Shown in pieces: positions 1-11,869 of a stretch of 64,000 nt of DNA (position 1 is the first letter of the stretch; every line of letters starts with the position of its first letter). The stretch lies in NCBI GenBank assembly GCA_028023455.1, contig JAQFVV010000005.1, positions 21,204,001-21,268,000 on the forward strand. The letters are read 5' to 3'. The notes under the pieces are model-generated. The model made no database searches and was not told the DNA's origin. It saw nothing but the letters and a program-made list of their open reading frames with translations. Origin of the DNA: Epiperipatus broadwayi. Taxonomy: Eukaryota; Animalia; Onychophora. Both the position numbers and the translations under genes were made by a program.

Positions 1-1145
1 AATTATCTGCATTTGATGTGATAACATGCTGGACTATCATCTATCCTTAAATGCAGAATGTATTTAAACTTTTCAAATATAAATAACTTATTGGTAATAA
101 CACACAAACAGTCAACACAGTCTAGTAATTACACAACATTTTGAGTAGTATATTATCCACACACTTTTTTAGGTGCATAGGAGTTGATCTTACACCTTTA
201 GGATTCTTGAATATTGAATTTTAAGGCAACATATTCTGTCAAAGGCAATTTCATATATTTTTATATGAAGGTTGTCCTGAGTCTTTCAAATTTTTTTAAT
301 ACTTTTTTTGTAATAGTAAAATTAATTAGAGGCTTCCATATATTGTATATTGCCACTTTGGGTTGATTTGTAGGATTATTTGCCTTTGTCATATGAGCAG
401 CTTCCTTGAATTTTCTTCTTTGCACTTTTTCCTCTCTATCCAATATTTTTGTATTTTCCCATTTGAATATATGATCATTAGTACATACATGGTCTGATAT
501 TGTAGACACATCTGTTTTTTCTCTTTTAACCACTAGTTTTACTTCTTTCAATCACTGTTCAGCAGGGCAACAGGTCTCCCCAATATACTTTCACATTTAC
601 ATGGTATTTCATAGATGCAGTTTTTGTTTTTCAGCATTTCCAATTTAGGTTTGGTAGAAGTTAGAATTCCTCAAAGTGTGATATGGCTTTGGAAAATTGT
701 TCTAATGTTATATTGACTGCAGATTTTCTTTAATTTTTCTGCCATCCCTGGTATGTATTAATACACTACAGTACCAATGATTGTTTTTTTTAATGTCCTT
801 TTTTGTTGTCTATTAAAGGGTTTTTTTTGCTGATGGATAACCATTCTTCATGAGAGTTTTTTTTATGTAAAATCTTTTCATTTTTCAAATCACTGGTTTC
901 CAAATAAACTTCATTTGCTCTGTTCCATAGTGATAGTATAATTCCATACTTAGTGCTTCTGGTATGATTGAATGTATATGCTTGAGGGAGACTTATTACA
1001 AGAATATCTCAGAATGCCAATTTTTGTTCTCATTCCAATTACATTGTAAATTTAAAATTGAAGGAAATATGTTGATATGCATCCAGAATGACTGTAATCA
1101 TGTCTCACCATGTGGTCCATATATCTATCATCAACATAGTGAAAC
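1..1145 (-). mobile_element. 5'-truncated Penelope-like element (RT C-terminus, GIY-YIG endonuclease, 3' pLTR), decayed
   Basis: Minus-strand translation shows HYVDD (~1126-1140), KYGIILSLWNRA (~910-950) and CIYEIPCKC..YIGET (~575-615). ORF 261..551 is the GIY-YIG C-terminus (DHV...H.FKWENTKIL...RKFKEA). Frameshifts and stops are present. Confidence 0.8.
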
Positions 1146-1327
1146 ATTGTGTAATTATTAATCTGTGCTATCTATTTGTGTATTATTACTAACAAGTTGT
1201 TTGTATTTGAAATGTTTAAATAGGGAAGTTTAAATTTTCTTTATACATTCAACATTTAACAATAGAAGATGGAAATAGTCCAACATATCACATCTAATAC
1301 ACCATCATTACAAACATTCAGGAAAAT
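1143..1327 (+). repeat. Inverted pLTR copy at the 5' truncation point of the Penelope-like element
   Basis: 1143-1300 is the reverse complement of 1-140 (about 80% by eye, e.g. tgtgtaatta..tttaaata). Its continuation matches the pLTR tails at 3490-3640 and 26345-26450. Confidence 0.65.
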
Positions 1328-1329
1328 AG

Positions 1330-1850
1330 ATGGCCCATGAGTCAGTATATTGATGGGCATTGGGTGAAAAAGAGCGCCATCAAACGGTAGGGTTCAGTAT
1401 TCATACTATTACCAATGAAAACTATAATTAAGTCATATATTTGAGAGCAGATTATCATGAGTGTTATCAATTAAAATAACTTATCCAATAATCATGTTGC
1501 AGTTTAAATTTAGCCGGCTCTAGAAACTACGATAGACATAGCAACTCTAAAAAAAAATCTTTTAAAGCAATTCCACCACCAATTAATTTGCTAAATGCAT
1601 TGTTATACTCTGGAAGAAACTTCTTGACTGATAATACCTTTCAATATGCCTGTCTGTTAGGTCAATTGAATGTAGGTTCTTTTGATGAGATCTTTTATAA
1701 CAGTCTCAAAAACATTATATATCAATGAAACCTTTTTGGACATCACTCCTCATAGTTAAGATTTTAACCAGATTTCAAAACATTGTATACTCTTGTCTTG
1801 GCTAAAATTATTGTACAATGAGGTACCATCCTAATCAAGCAATACCTCAC
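1330..1850 (-). mobile_element. Possible decayed N-terminal RT remnant of a Penelope-like element
   Basis: Only weak, frameshifted similarity (DK...KDLIKRTYIQLT) to the PLE pre-RT region. Confidence 0.25.
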
Positions 1851-3149
1851 TCACAACCATCAATGCTAGCAATGTTTTGCTTTCTAAAATAAGATGCCAA
1901 GCAGCTGATCTAAAGACAAAAAATTTGAACTTTATAATATGTCAGTAATAATGCATACGCACTTATCCATGATTTTTGAAAATAAAAAATACAATGTGCT
2001 GAAACATTTGAGTTGGTTCACCACATATGAAAATACTGTCTGTCAAATACCTTCTGAATAATATTGTAAGGAAAACGTGGTCTCACGAATCTTCACCATT
2101 TGCAAAACTACAAGTTAAAAACAATATCTCTAAAATAAAACAGTGCAATAATCCTATATAAGCACATGCAACAACAAGGCTTAACAAACAGATTATTAAA
2201 AAAAAAAAAGCCAGACGGAGTAAAAAGGAGATTTGCATAATAAATAGGTAAACACATTTAAAAAGAAATTGAAAATGTGTGTGTAAATTAGAATTCTTGT
2301 AACACTTGAAATAATTGTATGCATAATGAAATAGTAAAATAAAAAAAACTAATTATTTATTAGATATTGTTTTTACTAAAAGCAGTTAAAATATTAATTT
2401 ATAAAACAGCACTCAGCAGGTTGCTTCCAGATATAATGAGTGACCTTCCAGTGTGATATTTATAAATTTTGCCATTTCTCAGTTTTGCAAAGACTTCTAA
2501 TTAATTTTACATTTACATAAATTAACAAATTTCTTTTAATTGAGCATTCATTAAAAAAAAAACAACTAGAAACATTTATGCTTATACGCCTACACCAATT
2601 TCCGAAAAAGAAAATTCAAATACTTTCTAATTAATTATGCTCCAAGCATACACACACACACATATATATATATATATAATTACATCAGTGAGAGCTAACT
2701 TCAATGAACTTTCAAATAATTATCAGTTATACTTAAGACATTAGGAATAAAGACAGCCTTGTCAAAGACATGATGCAAATCTATTTTAAAACGAATTGAC
2801 TTCAATTTTTGGGGGGACTGAATTTTACAAAAGACATCCATTGTTTTAGCTAGCATGAGTCATAATGCTTCAAGATTATGTCCTGTATTTGAATCCATGT
2901 TATATAAAACTATATTTTTTAAGATTCTAATCAGGCTTAAGTTTTTTGTTTAAATAGCTTGACCATAATCCATCCTACTAGAGAGAGAGAGAGAGAGAAA
3001 TTAAGCATGGAAAACTGATATTCTTACCATTTAGCAATTGGCAAATCTGGAGAGTAATGTCTTCTTTTATGAGAGCTAAAAATATATATTTGCTCTGCAG
3101 TTGAATATTTAATGTCTGATCACCTTTTACACCTATATCATTTTCAAAA

Positions 3150-3490
3150 TTGTTGACCAACTGCAGACTGAAGGTCTTCCCAAGCTTAATCTAGTTTCTC
3201 TGATTCATAGCCTCACTTCTCCACATCAAAACAACAAACTTCCTTATTTCATCTATCCATCTAATGTATATTATTTTTGTATGTCTTTTTCAATTTCTTG
3301 GGATCCAGTTTCAAACTTCAAATATCCACCTATTATTATCTTTTCTAGCAATATGTCTTATTTAGCCGTACTTCAATCTCTTAATTTTTTTAATCCATAT
3401 CAATAATAAATCTTTGTTCTCTCACTCATTTATTTTACTTTCAATCTTTTTGTTATTCTCAACAAATATCTTTCTACATTTTATTGAATG
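3150..3490 (-). mobile_element. RTE-clade LINE 3' fragment
   Basis: The reverse complement aligns with the RTE 3' end at 22400-22690 (…gaagaccttcagtctgcagttgg vs …gagactttcatcctgcagttga) and with 31170-31450. Confidence 0.6.
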
Positions 3491-3705
3491 TTTTAAAGTC
3501 TGTGTTTTCCTGAAAGTTTGTGATGATGGTGTTTTAGTTGTCTTTATATGTGGGGCCATTTCCATCATCTAATATGAGTATTGAATCTCTTTAGAAAAAA
3601 TTATCTTTATTTAAATATTCCAAATACATTTAACTGTTAATAATAGCACACAGGTTTGAGAGGTATTATTCTCCCCTCTTCTTCAGGTGTTTTTGGCCTG
3701 ACCAG
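3490..3705 (-). mobile_element. Solo pLTR-like repeat with decayed hammerhead motif (family B)
   Basis: Near copy of 26350-26520. Minus strand reads acac CTGAAGA agagg...cctct CAAAC, with the stem III region deleted. Confidence 0.55.
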
Positions 3706-3711
3706 TGACAG

Positions 3712-3794
3712 TACTAGCATGTGAATTGAATCTGGCCCCTTAGATTCTTTGAGTATTGAATTGGTGACACTCTAACCAACTGAGCCATCCTGCC
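3712..3794 (-). mobile_element. tRNA-derived SINE head
   Basis: Minus strand ggcaggaTGGCTCAGTTGGttagag...GATTCAATTC gives an A-box and a degenerate B-box at tRNA-like spacing. Confidence 0.55.
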
Positions 3795-4260
3795 AAAGGC
3801 AATAGTCAATAGAAATTTTATCTATAAGGTTCCTCCTGATTTCTCCACTTTTTTTTAAGAGCAAGGTCTCCATACATTATGTATAGTCACACTATGTTGA
3901 TTTATTGTGTTAAATGTCCAAGTCTTACATTTATATTTAATATTTGGTAAATGTACATATAAATTTAAAGATATAAACACAAAGAGATTTTTCTATGTAA
4001 TAATTTAGACAAAATTTTTAAATGTGATATCACCAGGTAACAACCAATTAAAACATATTGCAAGTTAAATCATGGCATCCAGTAATAGTATTTGTCTGAC
4101 CAATATAAATATGAATACTGAAAATACATATACTATTTCTAGATGGCATGGTTTTATGCATTATTAATTTTGATTGATTTTTATCTGTTTATATCATAGC
4201 TGAAACTTTAATTAGATTATTGCATGTAAAATCCCATTATATTTCAATGCTTATTATATA

Positions 4261-4308
4261 CATACATACATACATACATACATACATACATACATACATA
4301 CATACATA
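4261..4308. repeat. (CATA)n microsatellite
   Basis: About 12 perfect CATA units. Confidence 0.95.
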
Positions 4309-4510
4309 CGTACAGTCTGTTAATAACAAAAGGAGGATTTTAGAATATTCCATTACAAACACATGCTTTAAACCATTAGCCATTTTTCAGCATAGACTAA
4401 GACCAATTTAATGTTTCATTACCAATTTAAACATAATGTATATGTGCAATAGCTTATTAATATCTTTACATTTTAAAAATAAAAATACTATTTTAAGATT
4501 ATATATATAT

Positions 4511-4818
4511 ATAGACAGGGTCTGAGCACAGACTTTCACATGACCCTCCACTCTCCACACTATCTCATAACACTGATACACCCGAACATACATATGTCGA
4601 AAAGATAAATAATCACCAATATACGTATTTCATGCTAAAACAGCAATCATCAGTTGGTCCAGATTATCATCTCTACACATGATTGCTGGTTTAGCATGAA
4701 ATACGTATATTGGTGATTATTTATCTTTTCAACATATATGTGTTCGAGTGTATCAGTGTTATGAGATAGTGTGGAGAGTGGTGGGTCATATGAAAGTCTG
4801 TGCTCATACCCTGTCTAT
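4511..4818. mobile_element. Fold-back insertion of HHR family A (140-bp inverted arms, 28-nt loop)
   Basis: Arms 4511-4650 and 4679-4818 differ at 8 positions by eye. The sequence is homologous to 18453-19357 and 49248-49468. Confidence 0.9.
4609..4667 (-). ncRNA. Type I hammerhead ribozyme (family A)
   Basis: ataatc-tgg-accaa CTGATGA ttgct gtttt agcat GAAA tacgt ATA ttggt-gattat. Core intact, palindromic stem III (ATACGTAT), AUA triplet. The first stem II pair is a U-U mismatch. Confidence 0.8.
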
Positions 4819-4861
4819 TACATATATAGACACAGGTATATATAAGCCTGTGTATTTCATC

Positions 4862-4864
<3 letters not shown>

Positions 4865-4905
<41 letters not shown>
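4865..4905. repeat. (TA)n microsatellite
   Basis: About 20 TA units. Confidence 0.95.
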
Positions 4906-4908
<3 letters not shown>

Positions 4909-7439
4909 TTTGCTATTCTAATATTTTTGGCAGATATTTAAATCTGTAGCACAAAAGAGCAAACTGATATTTTATGTTGAATCATAATTAATAGTATTAA
5001 AGTATATACTTGTAATGATATGTGTTAAGAGTCACCTGTTTGCTTATATGCATATATTTTAACCACATTAACTATTTGCAAGGATTTAACTCATTTTTAA
5101 AGATAATACAGGTGTATGTTTATTAACCTATCTAATAAAGTATTGACTACAATGCTGTTTTAGCAAAACAATGGCCCTGGCACTGCTATTTTGTAGTTGC
5201 TGATATCCCTTGGATAAAATCTATCAATAATTCTGAGGCAAACTAATGAGAAATTCAAGGTAACCAACAGTTAGAAATTATGTCAGTAAAAAAGATACAA
5301 ATAATATCTTTCTAATTAAAAAGATATTGTAGTCTGTTATGAATTGCTAAATTGAATATTTTTAGCCATGGCTTGTTTTGTATTGCATGTTCATTGGGGC
5401 CTGCCCTGTGTGGTTTGGGGCAGTAGTAGAGTGTTGAAACATGAAGCTTAAGATCTATAGATTATCATTTCACTTTGTCATTTCTATTGCCTGAACTTTT
5501 TATGAACTTACAAGTAATTAACCATCTGATTAAATATGCATTTTTATCATGTACAGACATATCTACATTCTTCATTTGTTTTTAGAATTATTTTTCTAAG
5601 AATAACTATAACTAGTGTTCATTTTCTTTTGATTGACTCTTCATGCTTTTATATATACACAGCAATGGAAAGGCCGTCATTTTTAAATGTATCCAGTCTG
5701 AAAGACCATCATTGTAATGTTTTTTTAATTGATTGCTTTTACAACTTTTTTTTTAGGATTTAATGTAAATTAAACAAATGATTTTAATATCATATAAATA
5801 AATTTTAAAAAATTATTTGGAACAACCTGGCCTGTTTGGTATGCTTTACATATCTAGCAAGGTATTAATAAAGCTAAATTAAAATTTTTAAATATATTTG
5901 ATATGTGAATTCGACAGTATTATGGACAACTATATATAATAAGATTATTGGAGCACCCTCTGAATAAAAAAAAAATCAGAGGGCACTCCAATATAGCATT
6001 ATAGACAAACAAACATATTCAGACAATAGACAAAGTATGAATTTTATGAATATGGATGCAGATGAAACATTTGGCTAATGCGATTGTGTGAGGTTCATTA
6101 TTTACATCTAGATTGATTGAGGGGGGGAGGTATGTTATTGTACTAATGCGAATTTATTTTGACTTATGCATTTATTTGAAGTATATGTTATCTGTTGGTA
6201 CACCAAATTCATCCATTCACTACATCAGAAACCAAAAACAGAATAGAGAGGACTGTGAAAAAATTCTGTCTATAGCTTTATATATGTTGTGTTTGTGTTT
6301 TAACTTTTAAATATTTTTATGGTTAAAAGATGATTGTTTACGATTGTGGGATCAGAAATCTGTTTTTATAGCTTAAAACTATCTTGATTAGACTGGTCAC
6401 GTGACTGAAGGAAATGGGTCTGCTCTAGTTCCTTGCTGCATCACGTGATTGAAAACATTTCCATTGAAGTTCATATTGGCAGTTAAATAAAACTGTTTTT
6501 ATAATGAACATGAAAACACAATGTTAAAGTTTATATGGGTTTTCATCTCACTCGTTTTAAATAATAGTTAAAATATTGACAGTAATCAATGTTTTTAAAA
6601 GCAGGTAATAAAATTATTTTTACTCTATTTTAAAATATCTGTTGTTAGCATAAGTAAACAATGAACTCTTATTGCAATGTTTTAATCCACATATCTATAT
6701 TAGTTTTAGACTAATGTAGTTTTGTACTACTTCATATTACATATGTAGGAGTCGCTTTTAGCTTTCTTTATAATTTTAAATTTGACATTTACAAATATTC
6801 CTAGTGTTTGAATTCATGCTAACTCATTTATATAGTCGTATAGATTGGGTCATTAATTACATATTTGGTGATCTCAGTTTAATGTCAACTGATTTTTTAC
6901 ACTTTGAGTAGAATAGTATATGCCAACAAAACATTATGGTTTTCTCTGCATGGCCGTCAACTATAATCCGATCATGTGTTATAATATCCACATTCTCAAA
7001 TTAATTTCTGAATTTTGCCTTTATCAATGAAAACTTAGAATTTAAAGCAGGAATGAATGCACTTAGATATCTAGTAAATACTTTTATACTTTTATATTAT
7101 TCATGCTGAAAGCCAAAAATTAAAAAGAAAACCCTAAATATTTTTGAATTGACCAGGGAGACAATCTCAGTCGTGTAGGTGAAAATGAATAATACACAGC
7201 CAACTTTAATATATATATATCAGCAAGTTTATTTCTGTTTGCTGAGGCATTAATTTAGCAATATAACAAGTACAATAAAATAATATTACTGACAATAATT
7301 TATCCCGTTTACTTTTGGGGATTGTTATGCAACATATTTAGTTTCAATAATAATTTATTATTTCTAATGTATACAGTGATGTGTAATCATACAATTAGGG
7401 TTTACATTGGTGTTCTAACTATCTTGTTATTTCCATTTG

Positions 7440-7880
7440 TGTTCTGATGAGTCTATGTTGTCCAATATGGTGTGAACATTAGATCTTTCACATATTTTTT
7501 ATCTGATTGTTAGCCCCCCCCCCTCTTTTTTTGCCTTGTTGTTAGTTTGGCATATTGTATAATGTCCAAGGGTCCTCAAATGTTTTTGACGATGCCAGGA
7601 GTTGTTTCTCTTCTGGATTTTAATCATTGTTTTGGAAAAAACCTGTTTTATAGTAGGTTGTGGGTGTTCCATGATTAGTTTACAACGTGTAACCCATATG
7701 GCATAGTTCAAAAATATTGAGAGACATATTATTGGATAGGTTTTAGTATTGATACTATCTTTCAGAGAAGAGATCAGTTGGAAATCTATCTTGGTGTTGG
7801 AGTTATGCAACATATTTAGTGCGTGAAAATATCTAATTTTACACAGCCAATAATTATATAGTTCATTAATCTCCAAATGG
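7440..7880 (-). mobile_element. L1/Tx1-like LINE ORF2 C-terminal fragment
   Basis: ORF 7499..7876 contains NYAIWVTRCKLIME, resembling the IW..RN..IF motif at L1/Tx1 ORF2 ends. Confidence 0.5.
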
Positions 7881-9479
7881 TTTTTGTACTCATCTAATTA
7901 AAGTTCAAGTGAACTTTTATCCATTTGAACTTTAATAGTAAGTTTGTTAAGCTTTTTCTTTTCTCTCTTTCAAGAATGCATTGTTTTACTTTCAGCAGCC
8001 ATTTTCTCCTCTTGACTGTGACTAACTGCTTTTGACTGCTGCACGCTAAGCATCTTGGACTCTTTTTATTAGCTACACCATTTTACATAATTTGTTTTAA
8101 AAGTTCTTTTTATAATACAGTACTATCAGCGCAATGTATATGATAATTAAAACTTTATTTACACACAATTTGAATTATTTGCACTGTTAGTACACTTTCC
8201 TTCAATCTAGAGTATAATCTCTATATTTAGTAGGCTTTCCTTAATTTTTCTGACTTCATGGAGTAGAAGTATGTCCATTATCATCAGGATCGGTGTTACA
8301 TCAATTGATTTTTCAGATCTAAGTGACTCTATCTTTACTCAAGTCAACAACATCTTGATCCACTTTAACTTCATTGCCTGCATTTCATTCAATAGAGGGA
8401 AAATTTTCAAGTTCATTATTTGTCAAAAATTCTGATTGAGAATTGGCTTTTATGGGTCTTTTATTTATCACAATTGATGTATCAGAGAATCGGCTGATGT
8501 AAATGATTTATATATCTTCTGACGTGAAATCCCCTTTCGAGTTTAATTATTTATATAACTTCAGATACTTTGTCAATTGTGGTGCCAGGTATCCATTTCT
8601 TTTTAATATGTCTTGAAACCATACAGTTTTGCTAACTCTAAACTTCATGAAGTTTGTGTTGAATGTATCTTTGCTAAAAGTACTTTTTTCTGATTTCTTT
8701 TTTTATAGGTAAAAGTTTTAATTTTTGATTTACTTTCACTGGAACAGAAACTTTTCCACATATTTCTATTGTTTCCATTTACATTCATGGTCATTATATT
8801 TGTATTATCCAATTTCACTCTCTTCTTGGATTTAACATTAATTTTATTCCACTTCTTCAGAGACCAGCATTGCTGTCAACCTCCATATGGTTACATCCAA
8901 AGGAATTCAGCCATTCTTTGAGTCATTTAATGACTTTATTTTTAACTTTCTATAAGTTCTGCCTTCCCTGATTTAAAGTTTGGGTAATGTTTGTTGATAT
9001 AAAAACAAATACTATATATATAGTTTATTTATGCAAACAAAGGTCATTATTATTTTGTAGATCTGAAGTATTAATGTATTTTTATATGTGAATTGTTATT
9101 TAAAATGGGGCTGCAAAACCTATTTCTAAAATTCTGTGTTTATTTGGGATTTCTCCACTCATGTAAAAATCTTTTCCTTCCATTTTTGGTTATCATTTAC
9201 ACATTATAGATACATCAGAATAACCCATAAAATATTATATTATGAATTATAACATTTGTCTTCTGCACTAATCATGGCTAGGGGTTGTACCTATAATAAA
9301 TATTTTTTTCCTAAAGTAGAAGTGTTGCAAGTTTTGAAGCACTGGATAAATTTGAATCCATAAGTTCTATCACAATCTGTAATGGTCATGGTAATCTGTA
9401 TACCAGCTATAACTAAATTATCTGAAGTATGGAAAAGCTGAAACATTTCAAAAGCTATCAAATTGAAATTGATTGACTA

Positions 9480-9870
9480 TCTAATTTTTCCAATTACCAA
9501 ATAACATGGACATTCAAAAAATCAAATGGAAAAATATGAATGCCTTTGAAAAGTGTTGCTGCCAAAATTACTTTGTATTCTTTGTACTATCCCCAGAATT
9601 AAAGGATCCACATTAAAAAAAATTACAGCCAGTAAGAGATGCTATCATTGCTAATAAGGAGATAGATAATGACATATTATGGTAAGGTAACCTAATATTA
9701 TAGAAAATTTTGTTGTTGAAGGAAAAGTGGATAGTCATCATCCATGAAATCATTTCCCAATGTTTTGAATCAAGTAGAATAAGCATGGTCATAGTTATGT
9801 TCAAAATTATGAAGTATGGAGGGGGACAATGGATTCTACATGAGATCATTGCCATTTTTGGAGTATTGCA
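9480..9870 (+). mobile_element. Decayed RTE-like LINE C-terminal fragment
   Basis: Translation with stops ..NFVVEGKVD..HP*..IK*..GHSY resembles the RTE motif ..EGK.EG.R.RGRP....IK...G..SY. Confidence 0.4.
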
Positions 9871-10027
9871 TCGTGAAGGGATAATTATTTTGCAGTTTAT
9901 TAGTGATTATTTTAATTAAATAGATTTTTAATTAATTATATTATTCTTAATTTATTTTTGTTTATATTTGTTTTTAAATGTTCTTATTTAGATTTTGTTT
10001 GCAATTTGTTTCTAAATGTGTTTTTAG

Positions 10028-10067
10028 GTGTCATGTACATTCCTCCGTTTGATCATCCATTAATTTG
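10028..10067 (+). CDS. SDS: L-serine dehydratase/L-threonine deaminase (SDS/SDSL-like), 40-nt internal exon
   Basis: tttttAG|gt gtc atg tac att cct ccg ttt gat cat cca tta att tg|GTAAGT encodes (G)VMYIPPFDHPLI(W), matching the conserved YIPPFDDPLIW motif. The split codon TG|G joins in frame to the exon at 44476. Confidence 0.85.
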
Positions 10068-10859
10068 GTAAGTAGTTAAATATATAATAAACTAGAATAT
10101 ATTTCGTTAATATCGATCAACTGGTTCATTGCTTAATAGAAATTCAAAGAATAGATATAACTGAGCTCAGCTGCTGTACTAAATTATGCATAACAAAATA
10201 ACAAAATGGCTCAAAAGTTCATAAGTTCAAACAGTGAAAATGATACCACGATTTATGGATTTTAAACTTAACAGTCTGTCACGCTAACATTGTGCTAAAC
10301 CACATAGGACTATGTTTTATTAGAATAAAAATAGCATTAATCATCAATTTCGATTATCTTTTCCAATTTTATTATATTCTTATTAGATTTGATCATGCAC
10401 AACTTATAACCACTCCCTTTATTAAAAGTATAAACTATTTATAAAGTTTGCTCCTTTAGCCCCCCTCCCTTTTTTTTTTCTTTTATATGTAAGAATATTT
10501 TCTTATACATTTAATTTTTTTTATTTTTTCAATATATATTTTTATTCCAACACCCTTCATGCTTCCTCTCAAAAGTTATTGTAGAACATGACAATGTCAC
10601 TTTCATTCGACTTACATTTCTAATACTTAAAATTTTTTTTTCTTGATAGTTTCCTGTATCTGTGATTTCCACATGTAAAAAATTAAAAAATCGGAGAATT
10701 CATAAAAAAAAAACAAACATATTAATTTTGTTTTCCAGTGTGTATGAAGTATAATAGACACATTTATAAATGAATGGTATACATGTTTTCATATTGATAT
10801 GTTTTATGACCAATATATTCTTTAACTTGCTGCTTATAATACTAGAGATTCCCATATTG

Positions 10860-11130
10860 TAAAATCATATATTTGTTGGATTGGTTACATGAAACAAATG
10901 ATCAATACAAGACTTTCCAAAAGGGTGTTTTGTAACGAGCTTGATCATCATTTTCATGAGAAAGGCTATTCCCATTTACATTATAAAGATTATCTCAAAG
11001 AGAAGAAGTGCAAAGTTGATTGTTTTTATTGGAAATATATGGAAGAGAAGAGAATACATTGGAGAATACAATTATGAGGATGCCATTGTATTTCAGAAAG
11101 AAAAGTTTATTGCAGATGTTTAAAGAAAGC
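10860..11130 (+). mobile_element. RTE-BovB-like LINE 3' fragment
   Basis: RLSKRVFCNEL...HYKDYLK...W....IHWR matches the RLPK..FYGEL...RYKD.LK...W....DR..WR pattern. Same family as 47260-47780. Confidence 0.55.
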
Positions 11131-11869
11131 ATCTTAAATATTGAATAAATAAGTAACCATCATGCTCTGTATTTGAACATGTTTGTAGTGCATATTATCA
11201 TATCAAAATTCAATTCTAATATACTAATATTAGTTGCAGGAGTAATGATATTGGTAAATAGTAGTAGTGATGGTAGTAATATAAGTAGTAGTAGTAGTAG
11301 TAGTAGTAGTGATATTTGAGATAATAATAGTTTTGTTCTTTTTTCTTGGAATGGTCATATTCTTTAGGAGTGTTTGCTACTGATGACATATTTCCAACAT
11401 GTGTATTAATATGCTTACACACTTAACATGTATGTAACAAATCAGCTAATTGGGCGTTTTTAATATATTTACATATTTGTGTGTGATTTGATTAATCAAA
11501 TTGGTTATATATATATTCAAGCTTATATTTTCACATATTTTTAAATAAATTACATATTTCTGAAGATGTGTTTGATAATTATATCTCTATATGTGTGTTT
11601 GTGTTGAAAACATATTATAATTTGCGGCTTGTAACCACAGACATCTTGCTATGGGAAAATTCCACATTTCAAATTTTTATTATCTTCTTTATGAAGATCA
11701 TCTAGCTTTTTAAATTTACATGAGTTTTTTCATTAATACCTTTATCATTAAACTGGCTTTTTAAAGCCTTAATCTATAATATATTTAACCTTTTTTATGT
11801 TATTTATATTATATTTACATATCAACATCATTTATAAAACCTGAATAATTAACTATTTAGGATATCATG

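Noticed and set aside
4220-4411. ORF with HTYI repeats
   Set aside because: Translation of the (CATA)n microsatellite.
8245-8290. Minus-strand CTGATGA..atgga/tccat..GAAG
   Set aside because: GAAG instead of GAAA, extra bases before stem II and no stem I pairing; likely chance.
7900-8950. Low-complexity coding-like stretch next to the L1/Tx1 fragment
   Set aside because: Possibly an ORF1 remnant, but no diagnostic motif was recognised.
11216-11422. Tyr-rich ORF on the minus strand
   Set aside because: Translation of an (AGT)n microsatellite.
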